From contig NC_003551.1 in assembly GCF_000007185.1 (NCBI RefSeq), forward strand, positions 990,001 through 1,022,000: a stretch of 32,000 nt of DNA, read 5' to 3'. Of this stretch, positions 17,701 to 25,405 are shown piece by piece (positions within the stretch are counted from its first letter, which is position 1; every line of letters starts with the position of its first letter). The translations under genes were made by a program, and so were the position numbers. The DNA comes from Methanopyrus kandleri AV19 (GTDB lineage Archaea > JAADCQ01 > Methanopyri > Methanopyrales > Methanopyraceae). The notes beneath the pieces are model-generated. The model was not told where the DNA came from and searched no databases. It was given only the letters and a program-made list of their open reading frames with translations.

Positions 17701-19529
17701 AACTCGAAGGTGCCGTGCGTGCCCACGTAAACCACCGCGTCCGCGTGGAAGACCCTGCGCAACCACTCGTACGCGGCGATGTACTGCCAATGCGGGGGCA
17801 ACTCCCTGGAGTGGTAGACGGCTTCCGGGCTCCCCGACCAACCACGCACCGGCTGCAGGACCACCGCCACGTTGCCGAACCTGAGGGCGGGGACGAGGTA
17901 CCGGCGACCGTCCGTCATGATCCCTCGGTTGTCGGTCACGTCCCCCCAGGTCCTCCGGAAACCCTCGATCATACCCTCCACGGCGGCTCTGACCGCCTCG
18001 GGATCCAGCTCACGGACGAGGTCGAGGTACGCGTGCAGCCGCCTCACGACGTCCTCCTCGAACCATTCCCGGACGTTTTCGGCCGGAATCAGTTGGTCCC
18101 GGGAGATCGAGCATAGCACGAAGGAGCGACCGTCGACGCTGACCGTGACCTTCCCATCGCGCACCTCGATCTCGACCTCGCGTCCGTCGACGTTCAGCGA
18201 CCACTCGCCGTACCCGCCCTCGTACAGGTCGAACATCCGTCGAAGTTCGCCCTTCGCCCATGGTCCGACGTTCGCGAGCAGGAGCACCGACCGACGCGGG
18301 TCGTGGGGGTCTACCGCGGAGGACATCGCGTTGAACACGGCGACGAACACGTCCTCGAGCGTTCGAGCCTCCCGTGGATCCTCTCGGTACGCGCGGTAGA
18401 GCTCCCGGAAGAACTCCGTCCCGGGGCCCAGGTCGAACCCCTCACCGGCCAGCCTGGCCAGGATCCGCGCGAGGCTCCTGGGGACGTCCAGGTACGCCGC
18501 TCCCAGCTCCGCGCGTCCCGGCGGGTAGCAGTACACGACGAGCGCGACCCTCTTCTCCCGGTCCGGCAACAGCCTGAGTCGGAGTATGTGGTCGACCAGT
18601 CTCCCGAGATCGTCCAGTGTCCCGGGTAGCAGCACGGGCTCGTCGTCCTTCCCGTTCAACCACAGCACCCGGTACCAGAAGGATCCTTCCCGTTCGGAGC
18701 CCAACTGTACCTGATAGGTCCATTCGAGTGAGGGCCCTGCTCGATTCGTCGCGTACTCTCCCAGGCCCATGCTGGCGTCTCCGGTGAAGGGGAACACCAC
18801 CTGGATGACCGGCGTGTTTAGCCTGATGACGACGTACTCGGCCGGTTTCGGGAAGTTCAGCGTGAACGCCCGGACGCTGATTAAGGCCTCCACGCGCTTG
18901 TGCTGCCTTTCCAGCCCGGAAAGTACTTCTACGGGCTTCACGAACGACGATTCGCAGAAGACCGCGACGGTCCGAACGCCGTATCTGCTTGTGACGTCGT
19001 CTAGCGCCTCCGTGAGTCGCAGTACGGCGTCCCTGCGCGGTCCTACGGCGTCGATCCCGTGGGCGAGTACCAGGACGAGGTCATTGGGAAGCCTGGACGC
19101 GAACGCGCTCAGGTCCATTCCACGCAGGACGTCGACAGCCCAGCTCGGTAGCTTCTGGCGGAACCCGAAGAGTACCACGGTCCCTTCGGTCTCTCCGCGG
19201 GCCAAGCGTCGGAGCCAATCTCGGAAGGAGGCGGTGTCGAAGTGTGGGATTCCCCCGATCCATCCGGTCCCCGGGATGTAGGCCGAGAGAGCCGTTCTAA
19301 CGATCGTTCTAGGAGGTTCCACGGCATCCGTCGGGAAGGAGGGGTCGGCCAGCCATAGTAGGAACGTCACGAGAGCGCGCGTGTCCCCCGCCGTCAGACA
19401 CAGCCAGATATGCGCCGCGACGGCCACCTTGGCCTTCACGGGCCGACCGCGGATAACCACCAGCGCGCGCTCCGGATCCGATGTGGCCACCACGACCACG
19501 CGCTTCGTCGAGGCGAGGGCTTCGGCCAA
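14793..19529 (-). CDS. CobN-like cobaltochelatase/Mg-chelatase H-subunit family protein, main body, with C-terminal TM anchor
   Basis: 1578 aa; YVGTHGTFEFLPGHDRGLTVTDWTHLLLPDVPQAYFYIVSNPGEGTLAKYRGGAVILTY, AYAFTVTGNPNGSKLLREELTG, TTQVRPMVQTLLTEVASTILSALERY; C-terminal VIWEWVVGLLAASMIVVLWARRQFRRWNW. Confidence 0.9.
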   Translation of the reverse strand: MAEALASTKRVVVVATSDPERALVVIRGRPVKAKVAVAAHIWLCLTAGDTRALVTFLLWLADPSFPTDAVEPPRTIVRTALSAYIPGTGWIGGIPHFDTASFRDWLRRLARGETEGTVVLFGFRQKLPSWAVDVLRGMDLSAFASRLPNDLVLVLAHGIDAVGPRRDAVLRLTEALDDVTSRYGVRTVAVFCESSFVKPVEVLSGLERQHKRVEALISVRAFTLNFPKPAEYVVIRLNTPVIQVVFPFTGDASMGLGEYATNRAGPSLEWTYQVQLGSEREGSFWYRVLWLNGKDDEPVLLPGTLDDLGRLVDHILRLRLLPDREKRVALVVYCYPPGRAELGAAYLDVPRSLARILARLAGEGFDLGPGTEFFRELYRAYREDPREARTLEDVFVAVFNAMSSAVDPHDPRRSVLLLANVGPWAKGELRRMFDLYEGGYGEWSLNVDGREVEIEVRDGKVTVSVDGRSFVLCSISRDQLIPAENVREWFEEDVVRRLHAYLDLVRELDPEAVRAAVEGMIEGFRRTWGDVTDNRGIMTDGRRYLVPALRFGNVAVVLQPVRGWSGSPEAVYHSRELPPHWQYIAAYEWLRRVFHADAVVYVGTHGTFEFLPGHDRGLTVTDWTHLLLPDVPQAYFYIVSNPGEGTLAKYRGGAVILTYPSPPSGYFKDFRKYAELERLWSQYVSSSIYGGDPAVRKVIAEKILKKARELGILEDVVKSIFAERGESPPEDPESWAERHLEEFLDALHDYLLALRDEKSFYGLHVIGEDLPVELAVEEAALLFAPRFAPYLAVTTGLTPKADLELFRRLADENPDFYQDVKIRTYELLRSMLHEIWNDPYLRSVLLQWVELKDEGELRDDASLLSKADTILQRFKLNLLGLYRQSLLKIGLWEVTNQYDQDIIKLIAEAFREFVHVYESGEYELDNLVNFLRGGHVPTGGFGEPLWNPKAYPTGRNGVPFDPYTLPTPEAWEVAKRLMDDFLARYYRVYGRWPETVPIVLFASHELTSGGLGIAQVLYLLGVKPVWDPNSGKVLGVELIPLDELKVKVGNRWINRPRIDVVALCTAVLDSIEPVVQLLAAAFRLASDAEEPLAYNHRRKHYLELLKLGVPEPLAATGVFGEPPGDIQGTGVNRLVELGWSELTKGLGIDGAGTVDARFSEKIAEIFESRVAYAFTVTGNPNGSKLLREELTGYEAAVKAVKVFRYLASTVDAVIDQVVNAFNVIDVNDYYSWIGGMVTYVRLIRKKEPLVFLTVARDPTTAHVQTLAERLAIEVRTELLSPSWWEALMAHGPDVGWHEVMKRVQNIVGIAVTTTQVRPMVQTLLTEVASTILSALERYRPSTPKGWAEVQSTLSWLVEAVRVGLWKPDRNTLKALVRAWAEVTARYGPSTCHHTSLNPSTVPFVRNLAASLGLNDVLKMLPDIVRAYRTLDNPKVVAEMIRMIVTRSRASYRAVEPRSVSPRSLRAVEFVESPRANNLEVGNLPSGSVSRASELVSTTGVIFHGRLPVGGAISTGGTSGSGCRAVPLKSEAAKESEARAMVRESAPAPRVIWEWVVGLLAASMIVVLWARRQFRRWNW

Positions 19530-19533
19530 TGCG

Positions 19534-19875
19534 TCAATTATCGTCCAAGGCAGTCCCGAGGGTCCTCCGGGACAGTTCTCGGGTGAAAGCCGTTGGGACC
19601 GTCCCCATACGCTGGATCACCAACACGTCGGCGGATCGGACGTCCCTCGAGATACCGTCCCAGTCCAAGTTCCCTATGCTCGTGGGATCCTTCGGGATCC
19701 GATGAACGTGTACGGGGATCCCTAACTCCCGGCCTACCTCTTCGGCGTTCGGCAGCGGTGTGGTGCTCAACACGGTGATCTCGACGGCGGAGGCGGAATC
19801 GGAACTTAAAATTTGGATTAACACAACCATTGTAAGAAGTAACACAACTGACGTACGTCGTAAGTGTTTTAACAT
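19534..19875 (-). CDS. Signal peptide and N-terminal fragment of the CobN-like gene, separated from the main ORF by an apparent +1 frameshift
   Basis: MLKHLRRTSVVLLLTMVVLIQILSSDSASAVEITVLSTTPLPNAEEVGRELG...ADVLVIQRMGTVPTAFTRELSRRTLG...; the next frame continues LPWTIIDALAEALASTKRVVVVATSD. Confidence 0.75.
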   Translation of the reverse strand: MLKHLRRTSVVLLLTMVVLIQILSSDSASAVEITVLSTTPLPNAEEVGRELGIPVHVHRIPKDPTSIGNLDWDGISRDVRSADVLVIQRMGTVPTAFTRELSRRTLGTALDDN

Positions 19876-19932
19876 CTTCTTGAGTGCCCCGCGCCGGCCA
19901 CGCGACGTGTCGAAATAACAGTTTCGGTGGGG

Positions 19933-21384
19933 GTGAGTCGGTCTGCGCGCGATACCTGTGGCGGCCCTGATCGTCGCCCTTACCGACGTCCGCGTGGGCG
20001 GCTGACTGGGGGAGATCATCGACAAGTCAGTGAGGTTTTACTTCGCAGTCGATAAGGCCAGGGAGCGTGGTGTGCCTATCAAGGAGTTCAAGCTGATTCA
20101 GGAGGACGGTTCAGTGTACTGGGAAGGCAAGTTCGGGAGATCTAAGTGGGAGACATCGGGTGAGGTAATTTACGGCAATATGGTAGCTCTATCCGGGATA
20201 TATCTAGGGTTACTCAGCGGCGAGGTGAAACCGAAGACATGGCCCGAACCAGAACGATCCCGATTCGAGAAAGGCATTACCGTCGGACTCGCTCGGATCC
20301 TGTCACTCCAGCAGGAAGATGGTGGCTGGGGATGGAAAGTAGTCCTAGTGGAAGGCAAGACCAGGTTTCCAGCCGGCAAGGGCCATGTCCTGTACACGGC
20401 GAAGATACTCGCTAAAGTGTTGATCCCGGCGCTGCGGTTGAACATTAAGAACGTGAGCTACGGCGGGACCACCTACGACGTCGCCGAACACGCGCGTGCG
20501 GCGGTGAGGTTTCTCATCGACCAGCAGTTGGAGAGCGGTGGATACAGCGCCAACAAGGAGTGGTCGATGACCGAGGACCCGCTCTACACGGCGTGGGCCC
20601 TACGTGCGCTGTGCGAGGCGTACCGGTACAGGGACCTACTGGGGCTCGACGACGCGACCGTCCAGCAGGTCAAAGAGGCGATCCGTAGGGCGGTCGACTG
20701 GTTACTCTCGCACCAGGAGGACGAAGGTGACTACGCCGGGCTATGGGAGATGAAGTCCGCAGCGATCATGGGATCCGCGTACGCCCCACCGTCGGAGGCT
20801 CAAATCGTACGTGCACTTATCCAGGCATACTCGATCTCGGAGGAATTAGGGTTGAACAAGGCCGAGCTCAAGGAGGCATAGATCGGGCGCTGGAGGCGAT
20901 CGTGGACTGGGCGCTGAAGTACCAGGATGCCTCGCTGGTGGAGTTCGACGGTCGGAAGGTGCTCGGCTGGGCCTACTCGTCGACACGCCTGGAGAGTTGC
21001 GGTCCGTACCTCGGGTACACCGCCCTCATAGCCGCCACGCTGAAGCTGGCGCAGGAGCTGGGCCTAGGGTCGAAAGCCGTCGAGAAGATGAGGTCCGTCG
21101 GAGTGACCTTAGAGGATGAGGCGGAGTGGGTGGCTCACGAGTGGCAAGAGATCGACGGACTCGGGTACTTCCTGTACCCGAACTCCAAGGCCGAGCACAA
21201 AACGGTGACACCGTCGAGCCAGCTCTACGGACTGACCTGTGCGGTGGCGTTCTCGCACCCAGAGGTGCTGTTGAAGCGCACTACGGCGGACGTTTGGAAG
21301 CTGGTGCCTAAGAAGGGAGCGTGGAAAGTTCCAGTGTGGCCGGTGGTCACGGTGGTGCTGCTATTCGCGTGCCGACGCCGCTAA
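19933..21384 (+). pseudogene. Disrupted gene for an exported alpha/alpha-barrel protein (terpenoid cyclase/prenyltransferase-like, ISOPREN_C2-like) with C-terminal anchor
   Basis: ORFs 20030..20881 and 20743..21384 read as one protein across a frame change near 20878. Repeats: GLARILSLQQEDGGWGW, AVRFLIDQQLESGGYSANKEW, AVDWLLSHQEDEG, AIVDWALKYQDAS. Upstream, IPVAALIVALTDVRVGG is separated by in-frame TGA (20003-20005) from LGEIIDKSVRFYF. C-terminus KVPVWPVVTVVLLFACRRR. Confidence 0.65.
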
Positions 21385-21515
21385 CCCGTTTTCTGTCCTC
21401 ACGGATACTCTTTCGTATCCGTTCTTCTCTGAGGTGGCGGGTGAAAGTACTCACAACTAATTCACGACTTCTTCCAACCAGTGTAGAAATTTCGTTGACA
21501 AAAACTCGGTTCCAC

Positions 21516-21526
21516 TTTAATTTAAA
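21516..21526 (+). promoter_or_regulatory. Candidate archaeal TATA box
   Basis: Palindromic 'tttaatttaaa' in an AT-rich intergenic region ~40 nt before the start of the 21565 ORF. Confidence 0.45.
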
Positions 21527-21564
21527 GCCGCCGGCCATGTGGGGCGGCTGTAGGGGGTGAGACC

Positions 21565-23082
21565 GTGAGGTTCCCGGCGCTGGTCATCGGGCTACTCGTT
21601 GCACTGGGTCCGACCGCAGCCAGTGAAAGTCCCAAGGTTGCCGTAGTGATGCCGTACCACGGCAGTTACGATCCGCACTGGATCTACATGGCCCACGAAC
21701 TCCCTGAGAAAGTCCAAGAGATACTGAGCGTAACCTATGACGAATACAATATTCAAGTGTATCCAGGCAGTTTCGAAACCTACGACGTGACCAAGGTGCG
21801 ACTTCAGGGCGGTAAGGAGTACGTCATCCATCAGGAAGAGGTGAACACGGGCGAGGAAGTCCTAAAGACCGAACTCGGGCACGCCCTCAAGGAGGCCGAA
21901 GAGTTCACGAACTCCGGTAGGGACGGTCTGATCGTCGTGCTACCGGCCTTCGTGAACCGAGGAGGTCAGCACCAGTGCGTGGAGATCCCGGAAGTTATCG
22001 ACATCATCTTGGGCGATAAGGTGCCCAAGTACTCGGTCCACTACGAGCCGTTCGGTATTACAAACTGGGACCGCCAGAACGACATCGGTATCGTACCGGA
22101 GCTGCTCTTCAGGAACATACAGACGGAGGCTGAGAAGACACTGACAGGACCGAACGGTCAAGGTGATCCCGAAGACGTGTTCTCGGCGTACAAGGATAAG
22201 AGACTCCTGGACTTCCTGGTGGACCACAAGGACGAGGTCGGTCTCCTCGAGATCATGTTCGGCACCCTGCGGGTGGGTTACTGGGACGACTTCAAGGCGA
22301 ACGCTATGTACGTACTACGTGGTGTCGCCGAGAGACTCGGTAACCTCCTGGGGACGACGATCCCGGTCGGTGAGGTCGACTGGGCGCTGGAGAACCCGTT
22401 CGTGAGGGAGGGTAAGGCGTACTTCTTCGCGTTCCAGAACCCGGAGATCGGTCCAGAGAACTGGGAGAAGTCACGCTGGGAGGTCCGATACGAGCAGTTC
22501 CAGAAGCTGATGCAGAGTCTCTGCAGGCAGGGCGTCAGGTACGTGGTCGCATTCCCGTACATCACGGTGACCGGTATCACGGACCGCAAGCTGTTCGAAG
22601 GCAACCCGGAGCACGGTCCCGAAGGTGACGAGCCCGAGGCTTACGACTATCCGGAAGCCATTCTGCGGCATTTCGGTGCGGAGTTAGTGGCGGAGACCGT
22701 AGCCGACGTCAGGAAGTACACGTACGTGCAGGAGGGTCAGGAGAAAACCCGGACGGTGTACATCAACGCTCGGATCTACCGGATCCCGAAGGAGAAACTG
22801 GGCACGGACGCCGACATGTACGTGATCTACGTGAGACGCGGGCTGTTGGACGCTCCGAACGCGACGGAGAAGGTGGCGCGGGTGTACGCCAACTACATCG
22901 CCACTCACCTGCCGACGTGGTTGATGGAGTACGAGGCGGTGAAGGGGATGAAGGAGGGGTTCGAGGGCGAGATTAACTCGCTGAGGAAGGATGTCAAGAG
23001 CCTCAAGAAGAGGAAGGTCGCGGTGTATCCGGCGGTAATCGCGCTGGCGCTGGCGATGATCCCGCCGCTCCGGCGCCGCTAA
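21565..23082 (+). CDS. Exported, membrane-anchored CbiX/sirohydrochlorin-chelatase-like protein
   Basis: Signal peptide MRFPALVIGLLVALGPTAASE; KVAVVMPYHGSYDPHW (HGS motif); LIVVLPAFVNRGGQHQCVEIPEVI (cf. CbiX P-F-x3-G-x-H-x4-IP); second-lobe-like RYVVAFPYITVTGITDRKLFEG; C-terminal KVAVYPAVIALALAMIPPLRRR. Confidence 0.6.
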   Translation: MRFPALVIGLLVALGPTAASESPKVAVVMPYHGSYDPHWIYMAHELPEKVQEILSVTYDEYNIQVYPGSFETYDVTKVRLQGGKEYVIHQEEVNTGEEVLKTELGHALKEAEEFTNSGRDGLIVVLPAFVNRGGQHQCVEIPEVIDIILGDKVPKYSVHYEPFGITNWDRQNDIGIVPELLFRNIQTEAEKTLTGPNGQGDPEDVFSAYKDKRLLDFLVDHKDEVGLLEIMFGTLRVGYWDDFKANAMYVLRGVAERLGNLLGTTIPVGEVDWALENPFVREGKAYFFAFQNPEIGPENWEKSRWEVRYEQFQKLMQSLCRQGVRYVVAFPYITVTGITDRKLFEGNPEHGPEGDEPEAYDYPEAILRHFGAELVAETVADVRKYTYVQEGQEKTRTVYINARIYRIPKEKLGTDADMYVIYVRRGLLDAPNATEKVARVYANYIATHLPTWLMEYEAVKGMKEGFEGEINSLRKDVKSLKKRKVAVYPAVIALALAMIPPLRRR

Positions 23083-23136
23083 CGCCCCCCACTTCGACAA
23101 ACGTTACGAATGTATTAACGATCGACCGTGGGGGCG

Positions 23137-23922
23137 TTAAGGGGCTTCCGCGAGCTCGTAGGGGTCGTGATTCACCCGGACCTCGCGTCCCGGACCCGTC
23201 AGCTCCACCTCGGGCGCGTACCCCAGGGACTCCAGGTCCTCGTACAGGGCCAGATGTCCCGAGAGATCACAGTACTCGGCCCTCAACGCACCGGCGAGGT
23301 GTGCGGCCGCCTTTACGGAGACGGCGCTCTCCACCTCCGTCAGCACGATGATCTTGAATCCGAGCTCCCTGGCCTTGCGTCCGAGCAGTACCGCGTCTAG
23401 GAAACCGACCTCTTGAACGCTTAAAGCCACTCCCTCGGCTGAACCCAGCCCGTGGATGTCCTCCTCCGACGTCACACGGACGTAGATGGGGACCTCCGCG
23501 TCGAACTCCTCCGGTGAGATCACGACTATCTCCGCGTCGGACACGGACCGTACCTCCTCGAGGGCCCGCTCAGAGGGTCGGTCCGTGAACTCTAGAAGTA
23601 CGGTCTCGAAGTCCAGGGCGGACACCGAGGACAACCCCGCCGAGTCGGCGCGTACACGGACCACCGTGTACCCGACGGAGAGGTTGTCACGCGCCTCCCG
23701 GAGTGCCCCGTGCTTTCCGAGTTCGTGGACGGAGCACGCGGACTCGACGGTTCTCGGCTCTCCCCCCAGCAGTTCCGCGAGTGGGAGGCCCTGAGACCGG
23801 GCCTCGGCATCCATCACGGCCATCTCGTGGGCTACGGCCGGATCGAACCCCGAAACCGGTCCCGTAGTGGCCCTCCGATGAGTAAACCCGGCACACGTAG
23901 CCGTCGACGCGACCGGCGGCAC
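23137..23922 (-). CDS. Truncated or degenerate enolase-superfamily (mandelate racemase/MLE-like) protein
   Basis: FDPAVAHEMAVMDAEARSQGLPLAELLGGEPRTV matches the capping-to-barrel junction; IIVLTEVESAVSVKAAAHLAGAL resembles the late-barrel motif. N-terminal capping strands and canonical KxK appear missing. Confidence 0.55.
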   Translation of the reverse strand: MPPVASTATCAGFTHRRATTGPVSGFDPAVAHEMAVMDAEARSQGLPLAELLGGEPRTVESACSVHELGKHGALREARDNLSVGYTVVRVRADSAGLSSVSALDFETVLLEFTDRPSERALEEVRSVSDAEIVVISPEEFDAEVPIYVRVTSEEDIHGLGSAEGVALSVQEVGFLDAVLLGRKARELGFKIIVLTEVESAVSVKAAAHLAGALRAEYCDLSGHLALYEDLESLGYAPEVELTGPGREVRVNHDPYELAEAP

Positions 23923-23983
23923 CGTTTAAGGTAACCCGGCGGGTCTCGACGGGTCTCAAGGCGGATCCCGCCCCGCCGGGAGG

Positions 23984-25405
23984 GTGAACGTGTTGAAGCG
24001 GGTTATAGTTGTCGGAGCCGGCAGTGCGGGACGGTCGGTGGCGCGGCTGCTGAACCACGTGGGGTACGACGTCGTGATCAACGACATCCGCGATTGGGAG
24101 GACTTCACCACGGAGGAGCGCGAGTATCTGGAGGTTCTCGAGCGCGAGGGCGTCGAGGTGGCCCTCGGGGGACACGATCGGGAGCTCTTCGAGTCGGCCG
24201 ACGCGGCCTTCGTGTCCCCGGCGATCCCCGAGGACGCCGAGGGTAGGAAGCTCGCGGAGCTGGTCCCCGAGGAGATCACCGTCGAGGACGTTGCCGGGCT
24301 GTTGGGAGACCTGTTCCCCGTACCCGCCATCGGGATCACAGGAACGAACGGGAAGACCACCACGACCTGGGCGGTGGCGCATCTCCTGGAGGCCTGCGGG
24401 TACGAGGTCTGGCGGTGCTCGTCCCTCGACAGGCACCTCGTCATCGAGGCGATAGTGGACGGCGTGGTGACGGGTGAGATCGAGGGCTACGACGTGGCCG
24501 TCGTGGAGCTCCCACACGGGACGATCAGACTGGCGGCCGGTATCGAGCTGGACGTCGGGGTGCTGACGAACGTCTCACCGGAGCACTTGGACGAGTTCGG
24601 CGGTTCCTTCGAGCGGTACGTTCGTCGGAAACTCACGATAACTGAAATGAGTGAAGTGCTGGTGGCCGGCTACGACTGCGAGGAGCTGCGGAAGCGCCTG
24701 AACGACGCGGTCTGGTACTCCGTGCGGGATCCCGACGCCGACTACTACGGACGTAGGGAGAACGGACGTCTCGTGGTGAAGGGACCCGACGCCTCGGTGG
24801 AAGCCGACTTCCACCTGATCGGTTACTACGTAGAGAACTGCACGGGAGCCGTCGCCGCCTGTCTAGAGTTCGGCGCCGATCCCGAGGGGGTCGCCGAGGG
24901 TCTCGCCACGTTCGAGGGCGTTCCCGGGCGCATGGAGCTGCTGGGGGAGTTCTCGGGTCGTGTAGCCTACATCGACGCGGCACACAATCCGGACGGTCTG
25001 AAGGCGTCGCTTCCACCGTTCCGGGAGCTCGCGGACGAACGGGGCGGAAGACTGCTCGTCAGCGTGGACAATCCCGACACCGTGACCGAGCGCGACAAGT
25101 TCGAGTTCGGGCGGATAGTAGGGGAGTACGCCGATTTCGTGGCGGCCAGCGGGTACAACGAGACCCTGGAGCGGCTCGACCGGTCGGCCGCCGAGGAGGT
25201 AGTGAAGGGCGCCGAGTCGGCGGGTTGCGAGGGGGTGGCCGTAGACTCGGTCCGGGAGGCTGCCGAGGAGGTGGCCGCACGGTCCGAGGAGGGAGACGTG
25301 TTGCTCCACGTGGGGCCGGGGGTGGTGAACGCGTACGATCGGGTCAAGCGCGCCTTCCTGCGCGGTCTGACCTCGGTGCTGGGGGAACCTTCGGATGAAG
25401 CATGA
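23984..25405 (+). CDS. Mur ligase family protein (MurD-like; candidate CfbE or pseudomurein ligase)
   Basis: Rossmann start RVIVVGAGSAGRSVARLL; ATP-binding IGITGTNGKTTTTWAVAHLL; ELPHGTIRLAAGIELDVGVLTNVSPEHLDEFGG; EGVPGRMELLG..VAYIDAAHNPDGLKASL. Confidence 0.8.
   Translation: MNVLKRVIVVGAGSAGRSVARLLNHVGYDVVINDIRDWEDFTTEEREYLEVLEREGVEVALGGHDRELFESADAAFVSPAIPEDAEGRKLAELVPEEITVEDVAGLLGDLFPVPAIGITGTNGKTTTTWAVAHLLEACGYEVWRCSSLDRHLVIEAIVDGVVTGEIEGYDVAVVELPHGTIRLAAGIELDVGVLTNVSPEHLDEFGGSFERYVRRKLTITEMSEVLVAGYDCEELRKRLNDAVWYSVRDPDADYYGRRENGRLVVKGPDASVEADFHLIGYYVENCTGAVAACLEFGADPEGVAEGLATFEGVPGRMELLGEFSGRVAYIDAAHNPDGLKASLPPFRELADERGGRLLVSVDNPDTVTERDKFEFGRIVGEYADFVAASGYNETLERLDRSAAEEVVKGAESAGCEGVAVDSVREAAEEVAARSEEGDVLLHVGPGVVNAYDRVKRAFLRGLTSVLGEPSDEA

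Noticed and set aside
20003-20005. UGA as selenocysteine codon
   Set aside because: Position at the signal peptide/mature junction, no known selenoprotein homology, and additional frame lesions nearby make a nonsense or frameshift lesion much more likely.
23710-24814. Several minus-strand ORFs (276 aa, 162 aa) opposite the Mur ligase
   Set aside because: Antisense shadows of a clearly homologous plus-strand gene; no domain motifs.
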